A DNA stretch of 33,122 bases from Eubacteriales bacterium (GCA_045646995.1 JAZRLT010000055.1:1-33122); one strand, 5' to 3'; shown: positions 9,093-20,113, numbered from the stretch's first letter. Numbers and translations are program-made. Notes: generated from the sequence alone by a model not told the origin.

Positions 9093-11888
9093 ATGAGAAA
9101 TCTTAAATCATTTATGCCAAGAAGCCTCGTTTCGATGATTGCGCTTCTTCTTGCGGTAGTTTTCTGTATGTCGGCGCTCGTTTCTTGCGATAACGGCGGA
9201 GATGAAAGCAGTAACACCTCCGGTTCGGAAGCATCAGGCGAAAAGGCTACCTACACCGTAAGCGTTAAATCTAACGGCGGTGTTCCTCTTTCCGGTCTTG
9301 ATATCTATATCTATAAGGGCGCGGAATTGAAGGATATGAAGGAATTCTCCAAAACCAACGAAAACGGCGAGATAACCTTCAGTCTTCCCAAGAGCGACGA
9401 TTACTTCATCGTTGTTTCGGGCGCACCCAAGGGCTACAAGGTTGAGAAAAGCTATGGATTTGTAGGTACCTCCTCGGCGATAGTTCTTACCTCTTCGCTC
9501 GTTACCGGAGAGGATATCTCGACCGCTCAGCTCGGAATCGGTGACGTTATGTATGATTTCACCGTTATGAATTCCGAAGGTCAGGAAGTAAAGCTTTCCG
9601 AGGTGTTCAAAACTAAAAAGCTCGTCGTTCTTAACTTCTGGTATACTACTTGTAGCTGGTGTCTCGAGGAATTCCCCCTTATGGAGGAGCTTTATCGCGA
9701 CTATAAGGAAGACGTTGAAATTATCGCGCTCGACCCGCTCGACGACGCTAATGCCGTCAAGAGCTTCCGCGCTCAGCACGGTCTTTCCTTCCCGATGGCG
9801 GCTTGTCCTTCCTCTTGGTCGGCTGTGTTCGGCGTTCAGGGTTATCCTACCTCGGTATTTATCGACCGCTACGGTACTATCTGTATCGTTGAATCGGGCG
9901 CTATCACAAGCAAGCGTCCTTGGATAAGCGCGTTTGACCATTTCACCGCTGATAATTACAAGCAAAAGATCTGTACTAACGGTATCGGAGACCTTGTTTC
10001 TCAGGTTAAGCCTACCTATACTATGGATACTACCGAAAATATCTCCGCTCTTATCAATAACGGCGATATTGAGGTTACCTACCGTGCGGAGACCGATTCC
10101 GATACTGCCGAATTCACTTGGCCCTTTATTGCGGGCGAAAAGCTCGGCGAGAACTGTATCTACGCTTCCAATAAGGGTATCGACGGTTCCTACGCTATTA
10201 TTTACGCTGACGTGACTCTTAAAAAGGGTCAGGCAGTAGGATTCGATTATCTCGTTTCCTCTGAATACGGCTGCGACATAATGTACGTAATCGTTGATGA
10301 CGACGATATCTACCAGATCTCGGGCGTTTCCGATAAGGAGGAATGGAAGTCCTGCTATCCCTGCGTAGCCGAAGAGGATGGCACCTACGAGATCGCGCTC
10401 TGCTTCCTTAAAGATGAGGACGGTACCGAGGGCGACGACACCGTGTATATCAAGAATATGCGTGTCGTTGACGAAAAGGACATCGATACCGATTCCTATT
10501 TGCCCCGTTATGCGGCTACGAGCGAGGATGGATTCGAGTTCGATTACGTTGACGTAGTATTCAACGAAAAGGACGGATATTACCACGTCGGCTCGGCTAA
10601 CGGACCTCTTCTTCTCGCTGACCTTATGGGATATACCCAGTTCAATGAAGAAAAATCCGTTTTCGATATCGTTACTGCGGGAGACGCTGATAAGGGCGGA
10701 GTAAGCCTTTATAATAAGGTTGCCGAAGGCGGCTTGGGAATGGTTGATTACTTCTCCTATGCTTCCAATTCTCGACTTAACGGTGTTTGTACCGTAAATA
10801 AAGAGCTCGGCGAAATGCTAAAGCAGGTTGCTGAGGTTGCAGGCTTTGAGGATGATTCCAACGAATGGCTTAAGATATGTAAATATTTCAAGGCATACGG
10901 CAAGGGCAATACTCAGCTTGAGGACCCGATAAAGGGACTTGCTACCTTCAGCGCGTATGAAACTAAGCTCGGCAAGAACGTTTCTACTAACTATTTCCAA
11001 TACGATAGAGCGATCATCCCGAGAGGTATGTTCTCTCGCTTCACTCCTTCTAAGTCGGGCGTTTACCGTTTCAGCTCCAAGAGCGATTATGCCGAGGGCA
11101 TAGATGCTTGGATCTTTAATGAAAAGGGCGAAATAATTTACACCTATGAGCTTTCCGAAAGAATGTGGAGCGATTCGAATAACTGTTCCATGGTATACTA
11201 TATGGAAGCAGGTAAGTCCTATTATATTAATATGGCGTTCTGGGACGTTTATGCTACCGGTAGAATCAACTATGACGTTGAATATCTTGGAGCTACCTAT
11301 AAGCTCTTCCGTTCGGCTTCTCCCGGATACTTTACCTATGATTCCGACGCTACCGGAGAGGTAATGTACGACGTTATAAGCGGCGGTATAACCCCTGTAT
11401 TGAAGGATGGCAAGTATTACGACTCCGAGGACGGAAGCCTTATTTACGCTGACTTTACCGGTGTTACCAACCTCTTTGGACATTCTATCGTTGAAATGAT
11501 AGAAATGGGCGGCTTCGACTTCAGCAAGTCTGAAACCGACGGTGAGGTTCTCGCATATCTCAAACAGAATGATAACGACGTAGAAAAAACCAAGGAATAC
11601 CTCAAAAAGCTTTGGGGCGAGGAATACGACGCTAACGCCGACATCTATCAGCTCGAAGACGTTTTTTCCGGAAGATATCACGGAAAGGGCGAAGATCTTA
11701 CCGAAGAAATTCGCGCTTATAAGAGCAAGATGGATAAGTCCTCTACCGAAAAGGACGGATGTGTTGTTGTCGATGAGCGCTTGGTTGAAATACTCCAAAA
11801 GCTTATGGATAAATATACCTTTGAGGGTGTTGAAAACTCTTGGCTCAAGGTGTGCTACTACTATGACTACCTCGGACCGGCTAAATAA
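9093..11888 (+). CDS. Multidomain lipoprotein (931 aa): prealbumin-like beta-sandwich, TlpA/ResA-like thioredoxin fold (CSWC), jelly-roll-like domain, PPC-like domain and two copies of the uncharacterised DGYYH/W-x3-C-Y module
   Basis: RBS AAAGGAG is present and the lipobox is LVSC. The beta-sandwich is YTVSVKSNGGVPLSGLDIYIYKG...GAPKGYKVE. The thioredoxin fold is LVVLNFWYTTCSWCLEEFP...GVQGYPTSVFIDRYG, with the CxxC codons at 9651-9662. Module copies lie at about 10572-10890 and 11410-11870. Confidence 0.9.
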   Translation: MRNLKSFMPRSLVSMIALLLAVVFCMSALVSCDNGGDESSNTSGSEASGEKATYTVSVKSNGGVPLSGLDIYIYKGAELKDMKEFSKTNENGEITFSLPKSDDYFIVVSGAPKGYKVEKSYGFVGTSSAIVLTSSLVTGEDISTAQLGIGDVMYDFTVMNSEGQEVKLSEVFKTKKLVVLNFWYTTCSWCLEEFPLMEELYRDYKEDVEIIALDPLDDANAVKSFRAQHGLSFPMAACPSSWSAVFGVQGYPTSVFIDRYGTICIVESGAITSKRPWISAFDHFTADNYKQKICTNGIGDLVSQVKPTYTMDTTENISALINNGDIEVTYRAETDSDTAEFTWPFIAGEKLGENCIYASNKGIDGSYAIIYADVTLKKGQAVGFDYLVSSEYGCDIMYVIVDDDDIYQISGVSDKEEWKSCYPCVAEEDGTYEIALCFLKDEDGTEGDDTVYIKNMRVVDEKDIDTDSYLPRYAATSEDGFEFDYVDVVFNEKDGYYHVGSANGPLLLADLMGYTQFNEEKSVFDIVTAGDADKGGVSLYNKVAEGGLGMVDYFSYASNSRLNGVCTVNKELGEMLKQVAEVAGFEDDSNEWLKICKYFKAYGKGNTQLEDPIKGLATFSAYETKLGKNVSTNYFQYDRAIIPRGMFSRFTPSKSGVYRFSSKSDYAEGIDAWIFNEKGEIIYTYELSERMWSDSNNCSMVYYMEAGKSYYINMAFWDVYATGRINYDVEYLGATYKLFRSASPGYFTYDSDATGEVMYDVISGGITPVLKDGKYYDSEDGSLIYADFTGVTNLFGHSIVEMIEMGGFDFSKSETDGEVLAYLKQNDNDVEKTKEYLKKLWGEEYDANADIYQLEDVFSGRYHGKGEDLTEEIRAYKSKMDKSSTEKDGCVVVDERLVEILQKLMDKYTFEGVENSWLKVCYYYDYLGPAK

Positions 11889-11917
11889 GCCGATATTTTG
11901 AAGAAAGAAGGGTAGTA

Positions 11918-13168
11918 ATGAAAACCAAAAGATTTTTAAGCCTTATAACGGCTGCCGTGCTTCTCTGCACGGCGGTCGTCCTCGGCGCTTGTAACGATAG
12001 CGGCGAGTCGAGCCTTCCTGCCGAAATGGAATATAAGGTTAACGTAAAAGATGCTCTCGGTAACGTTCAAAGTGCGGGCGTTATCGTTAAGTTCTTGAAG
12101 AACGGCGAGCAGGTTGCTATGGAGACCTGCGCGGAAAACGGAACCGTGGCGAAGACTCTTGCTACGGCTGAATATGATATCGAGCTTGCGTTTACTGCGG
12201 GTGCCGACGCTTTCTATTACGAAGCGGGTAAGGTTACCCCCGAAAAGACCGAGATCGATATGATCGTTTCCGCTAAGGTTACCTCCGAACCCCAAACAAT
12301 TAACGTAGGCGCCGATGAATACGATATGTATTATGTTGACGGCGGATGTACCTACGTCGAGCTTTCTACCGAAAAGCGTAACTATTTTGCCTTCGCTCCC
12401 AAGGCGTCGGGTAAATATAAGTTTTCGGTTATCGGCGCCGCTGACGTCAAGCTCGGATACCACGGCGCTCCCCATTTCGTTCAGGAAAACAATATCGCCG
12501 AAATGACCGACGGATATTTTTGTATTTCCGTCAGAGACGGTATGATAGGAACGGGTGATACCGGTACCGCGACCTACGTTATCGGTATTGATGCCGAAAG
12601 CACAAAGAATTGTATTCTTGCTATCGAGCGTATCGGAGACCCCGAAAAGTCCGTTGAGGACGAGCCTTGGACGGTCTATAAGACCACCGTCGAGTTGAAG
12701 GAATACGATCTCCCCGAGGGCGCGGCTCTTAAGGAATTCGATCTTACTGCTTCTACCGACACCTATAACCTCGTCTTTAACGAGGCCGACGGCTTCTATC
12801 ATCTTAATTCCGCCGACGGTCCTCTCGTGCTCGTTCGTCTTGATGAGGATAGCGATTATATCGCTTCCTTCGGTACGATGCTCGAGCGCTCGGGTCTTTC
12901 TAAGTATTTCTACGACGATAAGGGCGAGTTCGTTAAGAGAGAAAGCTATTCCGAATGTATAACCGAATATCTCGAATACGTAGACCTTAACGAGGGCGTT
13001 TACCCTATGACCGAAGACCTTAAGTATATTATTCAACAGCGCGGCGATTATGTCGGCTGGTGGAACCCCGAAAGCTCTTCATATATCTTTAAGGATATGA
13101 ACGGTAATAACCTTACCGATATTAATAACGAAATAGCTTGGCTTCTTATGAGCTGCTATATCGAATAA
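11918..13168 (+). CDS. Lipoprotein (416 aa): prealbumin-like beta-sandwich, PPC-like domain and the uncharacterised DGFYH...TEDL...W-x3-C-Y module
   Basis: RBS AAGGG is present and the lipobox is LGAC. The beta-sandwich is YKVNVKDALGNVQSAGVIVKF. The PPC-like region is YFAFAPKASGKYKFSVIGA. The module is FNEADGFYHLNSADGPLVLVRL...YPMTEDLKYIIQQ...AWLLMSCYIE. Confidence 0.85.
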   Translation: MKTKRFLSLITAAVLLCTAVVLGACNDSGESSLPAEMEYKVNVKDALGNVQSAGVIVKFLKNGEQVAMETCAENGTVAKTLATAEYDIELAFTAGADAFYYEAGKVTPEKTEIDMIVSAKVTSEPQTINVGADEYDMYYVDGGCTYVELSTEKRNYFAFAPKASGKYKFSVIGAADVKLGYHGAPHFVQENNIAEMTDGYFCISVRDGMIGTGDTGTATYVIGIDAESTKNCILAIERIGDPEKSVEDEPWTVYKTTVELKEYDLPEGAALKEFDLTASTDTYNLVFNEADGFYHLNSADGPLVLVRLDEDSDYIASFGTMLERSGLSKYFYDDKGEFVKRESYSECITEYLEYVDLNEGVYPMTEDLKYIIQQRGDYVGWWNPESSSYIFKDMNGNNLTDINNEIAWLLMSCYIE

Positions 13169-13177
13169 GGTATGGTT

Positions 13178-14038
13178 ATGAGAAATAATAAGAAATGTTT
13201 TATCGCGTTACTGATACTCGCTTGTTTATGTGTTTCGATGGCTTTGTCGGGTTGCGAAAGCTCGGTAGAACCGTCCGATGATTCCGTATCGGGGGACTAT
13301 CAGTATGCGGTTAAGGTCGTTACCGAGGGCGGAATGCCCTTGGCTAACGTTCAGGTTAAGGTTTTTAACCGCGGAGACAGTCTTGTTTTTGCGGGATATA
13401 CCGATAAAGAGGGAAGTCTTACCTTCGCTTCTCCGCAATATGGTCTTAATGCGGTGCTTTCCGAGCTCCCTAAGGGTTATCGATGCGACGCTGCACAACC
13501 CTTGAACGAAAAGGAAAACAAGATCGTTGTAAAAACCTTTTTTGTAGGTACCGATATAGTCGGTAATAAATATACGCTCGGAAGCATTGTCGATGACTTT
13601 TCGGTTACCGCAGTAAACGGAAAAACCTATAAGGTTTCCGAGTTACTCGAAACCAAGAAAGCTGTCGTGCTTAACTTCTGGTTCGAGAATTGCGGACCCT
13701 GCCGAATGGAATTTCCTTATCTTAACGAGGCGTATAACGAGTATAAGGATAAACTTGAGGTTATTGCGATAAGCCCTGTTGACAGCGAAAACGCCGTTTC
13801 CGCTTACGCAAAGGATATGAAGCTTGATTTTCCGATGGTTTCGGCAAATCTCGAATGGGAACAAGCCTTCGGATTCGGCGGATATCCCACGACGGTTGTT
13901 ATAGACCGCTACGGAATGGTAGCCATGATGCATACCGGCGCGGTTACCGACAAGGAAGCGTTTGCTTCGATGTTCGAGCATTTTACTTCGGACGAATATA
14001 AACAAGGCGTTGTAAAAAATCTCAGCGAACTCAAATAA
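13178..14038 (+). CDS. Lipoprotein: prealbumin-like beta-sandwich fused to a TlpA/ResA-like thioredoxin fold (CGPC)
   Basis: TAAGGT spacing favours ATG 13178; ATG 13172 is an alternative. The lipobox is LSGC. The beta-sandwich is YAVKVVTEGGMPLANVQVKVF...LPKGYRCD. The thioredoxin fold is AVVLNFWFENCGPCRMEFP...GFGGYPTTVVIDRYG, with the CxxC codons at 13691-13702. Confidence 0.9.
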   Translation: MRNNKKCFIALLILACLCVSMALSGCESSVEPSDDSVSGDYQYAVKVVTEGGMPLANVQVKVFNRGDSLVFAGYTDKEGSLTFASPQYGLNAVLSELPKGYRCDAAQPLNEKENKIVVKTFFVGTDIVGNKYTLGSIVDDFSVTAVNGKTYKVSELLETKKAVVLNFWFENCGPCRMEFPYLNEAYNEYKDKLEVIAISPVDSENAVSAYAKDMKLDFPMVSANLEWEQAFGFGGYPTTVVIDRYGMVAMMHTGAVTDKEAFASMFEHFTSDEYKQGVVKNLSELK

Positions 14039-14057
14039 ATATAAGGGGTATCTTAAA

Positions 14058-15197
<1,140 letters not shown>

Positions 15198-15252
15198 TAA
15201 AATACAAAAATTTGATGCGATTAAACATAATCAAATTGAAGGGAGAACAAAA

Positions 15253-15684
15253 ATGAAAAGAATTTTGTTTGTCTTGCTCGCTTTGACTTTGGTGTTCGGT
15301 CTTTGCGCTTGCGCTACTACTACCGACGTAAGTAAGGCGCCTTCCGATGCCGACGTCAGCAAGACCGAATCCAAGGAAGAATCCAAAGAGGCTTCCAAGG
15401 AAGAATCCACCCCTGCTTCGCTTCCTGAATTTGTAGTCAAGGTTGTTGACGCCGAGGGTAACCCTGTTGAAGGTGCTATGATTCAGGTATGTAAAGATAC
15501 CTGCGTTCCTATGAAGAGTAATGCTGAAGGTAAGGCAATATTCAATATTACCGTTACCGACGGCTATAAGCTTTCTGTTCTTGCTTGTCCCGCAGGCTAT
15601 GAATATACCGGCGAAGCCGAGGTTTATTTGGAAAGCGGAATTACCGAATATACCGTAGAATTGGCGAAGGTAGTTTCCGAATGA
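15253..15684 (+). CDS. Small lipoprotein (143 aa) consisting of a signal, a K/E/S linker and a single prealbumin-like beta-sandwich module
   Basis: GAAGGGAG RBS lies before ATG 15253; the ORF-track start at 15184 is a GTG overlapping the upstream gene. The lipobox is LCAC. The module is FVVKVVDAEGNPVEGAMIQVCKD...CPAGYEY. Confidence 0.8.
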   Translation: MKRILFVLLALTLVFGLCACATTTDVSKAPSDADVSKTESKEESKEASKEESTPASLPEFVVKVVDAEGNPVEGAMIQVCKDTCVPMKSNAEGKAIFNITVTDGYKLSVLACPAGYEYTGEAEVYLESGITEYTVELAKVVSE

Positions 15685-16730
15685 AAAAAATAACTTTCGT
15701 GCTTTTTCTGGTGTCGGTAGTTGCTTTTGCGATGATTTTGGGCGCTTGTAACGATTCTTCGGATAATAGCTCTTCGGTGGATAATTCCGTAAATGGATCT
15801 ACCTCCGTTTCGTCGGGTAATAACTCCGAAAACGTTTCCGGCTCTGCTGATAACGACGCGTCGAATGACGCTTCCTTCGAGTCGGGCGTAAACGCTTCCG
15901 ACGGAGTAAGTGACGCCACCGACGAAAGCGATAATTCGGATGTTGTTGATAATTCCGACGAGGATAATACCTCCGATGGAAGCGAAAACTCCGATGAAAG
16001 CGACGAATCCGATAATAACGGCGCGTCCGACGACAGCACTGTTCCCGACGACAGCTCGGATGAAAGCTCTGAACCCGAGGTTGTCGGAAGCGGAACCGAG
16101 GCTGATCCTTATTTGGTTATTCCGGATGAGGATATGCATCTTGTAACCGTAAATATCCCCGCAGGTAAAGACGTATATTACAACATTTACCGTGTCGGCG
16201 GAATGAATCTTAAGATTAAGTCCAAAGACGTTTACATCATTTATGACGGAAAGACCTATAACCCTAAAAGCGGAACCTTGTCGCTCTCGATTGAAGATGC
16301 TATGGCGAGTGAAGCAATTTCTTTCCGAATAGGCAATAACGCTTCAAGCGAGCAATCCTTCGAGCTTGTCTTCTCCAACCCGACCGGTTCTTATATGAAC
16401 CCCACCAAGGTGGATGATCTCAAGGATGAAAATTTCATCGAGCTCGAGGCGGATAACGCTGTCGGCCATTACTATAAGTATATTGCCGAAAAGAAGGGTA
16501 CTATTGTATTCGCTATGTCCGCTACCGCTGACAGCACTTTGTCAGTTACCAATAACCGCAACTCCGCCCAGAGAACTACCGAAGCGGACGGCTCGGCTGA
16601 CGGCGACGTGAAATACGTCGAGATCGAGGTCGAAAAGGGCGACGAATTGATTATTAACGTCGGCGCTCTCCCGAATCGACGCGGTAAGTATCCTGCAACC
16701 GATATCACTTGGTCTGCTGAATACAAATAA
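15681..16730 (+). CDS. Lipoprotein (349 aa) with a ~110-aa Ser/Asp/Asn-rich linker and two PPC-like beta-sandwich modules
   Basis: An ATGA start/stop overlap joins it to the upstream gene. The lipobox is LGAC. The modules start at GSGTEADPYLVIP and PTGSYMNPTKVDDL. The HYYKYIAEKKGTIVF-type strand resembles modules in the dockerin protein. Confidence 0.8.
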   Translation: MKKITFVLFLVSVVAFAMILGACNDSSDNSSSVDNSVNGSTSVSSGNNSENVSGSADNDASNDASFESGVNASDGVSDATDESDNSDVVDNSDEDNTSDGSENSDESDESDNNGASDDSTVPDDSSDESSEPEVVGSGTEADPYLVIPDEDMHLVTVNIPAGKDVYYNIYRVGGMNLKIKSKDVYIIYDGKTYNPKSGTLSLSIEDAMASEAISFRIGNNASSEQSFELVFSNPTGSYMNPTKVDDLKDENFIELEADNAVGHYYKYIAEKKGTIVFAMSATADSTLSVTNNRNSAQRTTEADGSADGDVKYVEIEVEKGDELIINVGALPNRRGKYPATDITWSAEYK

Positions 16731-16736
16731 TTCCCC

Positions 16737-16765
16737 TTGCGCATAATGAAAAATTGTGCTAAACT
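16737..16765 (+). promoter_or_regulatory. Candidate sigma-A promoter for the dockerin-protein gene
   Basis: TTGCGC (16737-16742), a 17-nt spacer, then an extended -10 TGcTAAACT (16757-16765). It lies in the largest gap (91 nt) of the cluster. Confidence 0.3.
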
Positions 16766-16821
16766 GTTGAAGTAATGCTATGGAAAATAGCTTTACAAAT
16801 AAAATTTATAAGGAGAAACTC

Positions 16822-18894
16822 ATGAAAAACACTATGAAAAAAGCTCTTAGCTTGCTCGTGGTTTTCGCTATGGTTTGCGTTCCTATGATCGCAAGTGCAG
16901 CTGTTGGTGATGGCGTGGCTATGCCCAGCGATTGCATTTATAGCGGCGATTACGTAACTGTTGAAGCCGGCGCTACTACCTACTTTGAAATCGGTACCGG
17001 TATGACCGCAGGTACCTATGGCTTCGTTGTTGAAGGCGAAGGCGATTTTGACGTTGCTGTTTGTACCGAAGGCAACGGCGAATATCCTTACGCTGAAGGC
17101 GAAGCTGTTTCTGCTGTTGATGGCGTTGTTGAAACCGAAATCACCAGCTTTGAAAGCACTTATAACTACGCTGCTTTCGCTATCACCAACAACAGCGAAA
17201 ACGATGTTGACTACCTCGTAACTATCCTCTTCCCCGAAGGAACTCAGGATAACCCCAAGGCTGTTACTCTCGCTGTCGGAACCCCTGTTGAGGTTACCAT
17301 CGCAGCAGGCGTAACCTACTATATCGGCGCTTCTCTTCCTATGATGAACACCGAATATAATCTTACCGTTACCGGTGCCCCCGGCTTCTATTACGGCGGC
17401 GGTATGATGAGACCCAGCCCTGACAACAATGGTACCTACACCGCTACCGTTTCCGCTTCTATGTTCAGTGGCGGTATGGCAAACTTCAATATCTCTAACG
17501 GTACTGAAGAAGAACAGACCTATACTCTTACCCTTGAAAATATGCCTGCAGGCGCTTCTGAAGGTAACCCCGAAATCATCGAAGTATCCGATTTTTACAC
17601 CACTTCGTTCTCCGAGCATTTCTACTCCTTCACCGCTACCGAATCCGGAACCTTCACCGTTTCTATGTCTTCTGAAGAAGGCTGGATGTATCAGATCAAC
17701 GGTATTACCGCAGATTATGATTACTACTACGGCGATATGCACTGGTGTGACGACGATCCCGTTGTTATGTCCGAATCTATCGACGTAAACGCAGGTGACG
17801 TATACACTATTTACGTTGGTTCTTATATGTCCGACGAAATGGTTTACTGGTCCTTCAATTTCGAAGCTAAGACTCTTGGCGAAAAGCCCCTTTACAACGA
17901 AAACGGCGCTGACGGCTACCTTTCCGTAACCGATTCCTATGTTGATTACGATATGAATGGTGATTTCGTATACACCATCTTGGAATTCACCCCTGACGAA
18001 GCAGGTAACTATATTATCGATCTCGCAGGCGGCGCGATGGCAGGTATCGTTTCCTACAACGGTATGTGGGTTACTATCGAACCCTCCGCTGATGTTGTAA
18101 ATATGTCTACTATTGAGTGGGAATGCACCAGCGTTGGTCAGACTATCTGGGTTGCAGTTATTGCTGAAACCGAAACCGTTTCTATCAACGTTTCCTATGA
18201 AGAAGTTGTTGTTGTAGTAATTCCCGAATATGATTACGAAAACGTTGTAACTCCCGAGGAATTCGTATACAACGGCGATACCGCTGACTTCGATTACGTT
18301 GAAACCTTTGACGATATCGTTGATAACGCGGTTCTCGGTGATGATGGCTACTACCACCTCAACTCTGCTGACGGCCCCGTTCTCTTCGCTTGCCTCAACG
18401 ATGACCTTATGTCTCTCGTAGGCGCAAACACCTACGGTCAGCTTACTTACGTTGAATATGACGAAGATGGCAACGTGGTTTCCAAGACTCATTATGCAAT
18501 CGCATTCGAAGAATATGCAGCTTGCGCTTACACCGATGATGCGGGCTATATGTACTATCCTCTTACCGAAGACCTTATCGTTATGTTCCAGAACGTTGGC
18601 GCTAATAACGGCTGGTATGGCGAAAACGGATTCGTAGGCGGCGATATCGAAGATGCTTGGATGTTCGCTTGCTACTATGACGAAGAAGTTACCACTATCG
18701 AACCCGTTGTTGAACCCGAATACGACCCCAACGGCGACGGCGAATTCAATATGTTCGACTATGTATTCGTTAAGGCTACCGTTCTCAGCAACGATGCTTC
18801 CGAAGAAGAAATCGCTGCTGCTGACGTAAACGGCGACGGCAAGCTTAATATGTTCGACTATATTGCTGTTAAGTCTGCATATTTCGCAATCTAA
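16822..18894 (+). CDS. Secreted dockerin-bearing protein with several PPC-like modules and one DGYYH...TEDL...W-x3-C-Y module
   Basis: AAGGAGA RBS lies before ATG 16822 (MKNTMKKALS). The signal peptide has an ASA-type cleavage site and no lipobox. The module is DDGYYHLNSADGPVLFACL...YPLTEDLIVMFQ...AWMFACYY. The C-terminal dockerin has duplicated segments DPNGDGEFNMFDY and DVNGDGKLNMFDY. Confidence 0.9.
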   Translation: MKNTMKKALSLLVVFAMVCVPMIASAAVGDGVAMPSDCIYSGDYVTVEAGATTYFEIGTGMTAGTYGFVVEGEGDFDVAVCTEGNGEYPYAEGEAVSAVDGVVETEITSFESTYNYAAFAITNNSENDVDYLVTILFPEGTQDNPKAVTLAVGTPVEVTIAAGVTYYIGASLPMMNTEYNLTVTGAPGFYYGGGMMRPSPDNNGTYTATVSASMFSGGMANFNISNGTEEEQTYTLTLENMPAGASEGNPEIIEVSDFYTTSFSEHFYSFTATESGTFTVSMSSEEGWMYQINGITADYDYYYGDMHWCDDDPVVMSESIDVNAGDVYTIYVGSYMSDEMVYWSFNFEAKTLGEKPLYNENGADGYLSVTDSYVDYDMNGDFVYTILEFTPDEAGNYIIDLAGGAMAGIVSYNGMWVTIEPSADVVNMSTIEWECTSVGQTIWVAVIAETETVSINVSYEEVVVVVIPEYDYENVVTPEEFVYNGDTADFDYVETFDDIVDNAVLGDDGYYHLNSADGPVLFACLNDDLMSLVGANTYGQLTYVEYDEDGNVVSKTHYAIAFEEYAACAYTDDAGYMYYPLTEDLIVMFQNVGANNGWYGENGFVGGDIEDAWMFACYYDEEVTTIEPVVEPEYDPNGDGEFNMFDYVFVKATVLSNDASEEEIAAADVNGDGKLNMFDYIAVKSAYFAI

Positions 18895-18913
18895 TTGAAT
18901 TAATATTCAATAT

Positions 18914-18942
18914 AAAAAGGTGCTCGTAAGAGCACCTTTTTT
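18914..18942. terminator. Bidirectional intrinsic terminator between the convergent cluster end and spoIVB
   Basis: AAAAAGGTGCTC-GTAA-GAGCACCTTTTTT: a 7-bp GC-rich stem flanked by an A-run and a T-run. Confidence 0.8.
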
Positions 18943-18946
18943 GTAT

Positions 18947-20011
18947 TTACGCCGCTAAATGATAATATTCTTCTTCTTCTTGTACGCTTACGTCGTAAGC
19001 GGTATGAAGCATATTTTCTATAAATATGCCGTATCCCCTTGTAGGGTCGTTTACGAGTACGTGAGTCACCGCGCCGATGAGTTTGCCGTCTTGAATAATC
19101 GGACTGCCCGACATTCCCTGAACGATACCGCCGGTTCGATCGACTAACTTTTCATCGGTGACGTGGATAACGAAATTTTTCATAGTGCCCGAGCCGCCGT
19201 ATATATGCTCGATCTCTATTTCGTATTCCTCGCGGTCGTGACCGTCAAGCGTTGTCAGTATATGCGCCTTGCCTTCCTTTATTTCGGACTTGTCGGCAAC
19301 GGGAATCGCTTTGTCGGTATTTTTCGGAAGCGATATAAATCTTCCGAAAACACCTTGATCGCTGTTTTCCCAAAGCTCGCCGATAACCTTCGAATCAAAG
19401 CTGCCCTTTAATTCGCCGGGATCGTTTTTGACACTTTTTACAACGTCGGTTATGCTGACGTCAACTATTGCTCCGCGCGAGAGGGGAAGCAGTAAGCCCG
19501 TTTCGGAATCGTAAATCCCGTGGCCTAAGCCTCCGAAGTCGAGCGTTTCGGGGTCGATATAGGTGATCGTTCCGATACCCGCCGTTGAGTCGCGCACCAA
19601 GATTCCGATACGGTATTGCCCGCTGTCCTTGTCAAGAACGGGATTGACCGTTGACGATTTCTCTTCGCCGTTGCGTACGAACGCTATCGTTATCGGCTTT
19701 CCTCCGCATCCCGCGATGAGTCGGATCAACTCGTTTGCCGATTTGAATTCGGTGCCACCCGCTCTTACAATGATATCGCCCGATTGGATACCGCTATCCT
19801 TTGCGGGTGAAACCACTCCTGATGCGGTTTCTACGCCCGTCGTGCCGAGGACTATTGCGCCCTCGGTGAAGAACTTGACACCGAACGCCATTCCGCCCGG
19901 AATAAGCGTTTCAATACCCTCGGTTGCACCTGCCGAAGGAGCCGATACCGTTAATGCTATGACCGTCGCCGCCAAAAACGCAAAAAACCTTTTTGACCTT
20001 CTGCTTTTCAT
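18947..20011 (-). CDS. spoIVB: SpoIVB peptidase (S55), sporulation signalling serine protease with a PDZ domain
   Basis: AAGGGAG RBS is present, with an N-terminal signal/anchor. The PDZ-like region is GIQSGDIIVRAGG. The S55 motifs are GIGTITYIDPETLDFGGLGHGI and GIVQGMSGSPIIQDGKLIGAVTHVLVNDPTRGYGIFIENML. Confidence 0.9.
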   Translation of the reverse strand: MKSRRSKRFFAFLAATVIALTVSAPSAGATEGIETLIPGGMAFGVKFFTEGAIVLGTTGVETASGVVSPAKDSGIQSGDIIVRAGGTEFKSANELIRLIAGCGGKPITIAFVRNGEEKSSTVNPVLDKDSGQYRIGILVRDSTAGIGTITYIDPETLDFGGLGHGIYDSETGLLLPLSRGAIVDVSITDVVKSVKNDPGELKGSFDSKVIGELWENSDQGVFGRFISLPKNTDKAIPVADKSEIKEGKAHILTTLDGHDREEYEIEIEHIYGGSGTMKNFVIHVTDEKLVDRTGGIVQGMSGSPIIQDGKLIGAVTHVLVNDPTRGYGIFIENMLHTAYDVSVQEEEEYYHLAA

Positions 20012-20084
20012 TAAATGCTCCCTTGATTATATTTTGATTTGCATCGTATATAATTTATGTAAAAGGGAGATAAATATACTAAAC

Positions 20085-20112
20085 AAAAAATCCCGCAAAA
20101 ACGGGATTTTTA
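20085..20112 (-). terminator. Intrinsic terminator after the DtxR-family gene (palindromic, could act in both directions)
   Basis: AAAAAATCCCG-CAAAAA-CGGGATTTTT lies immediately downstream of the stop at 20114. Confidence 0.65.
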
Positions 20113-20113
20113 A

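Noticed and set aside
18895-18910. A perfect short palindrome, TTGAAT-TAAT-ATTCAA, immediately after the dockerin-gene stop.
   Set aside because: It is AT-only, 6 bp per arm and adjacent to a strong terminator. It is too short to distinguish an operator from chance in AT-rich intergenic DNA.
20012-20085. A possible forespore sigma-F/sigma-G type promoter upstream of spoIVB (GTATA ... CATAAAT on the minus strand), and similar guesses upstream of the gerA-type gene (24176-24260).
   Set aside because: The spacing (about 15 nt) and the -10 match do not fit the consensus I remember well enough. I cannot support these calls from sequence alone.
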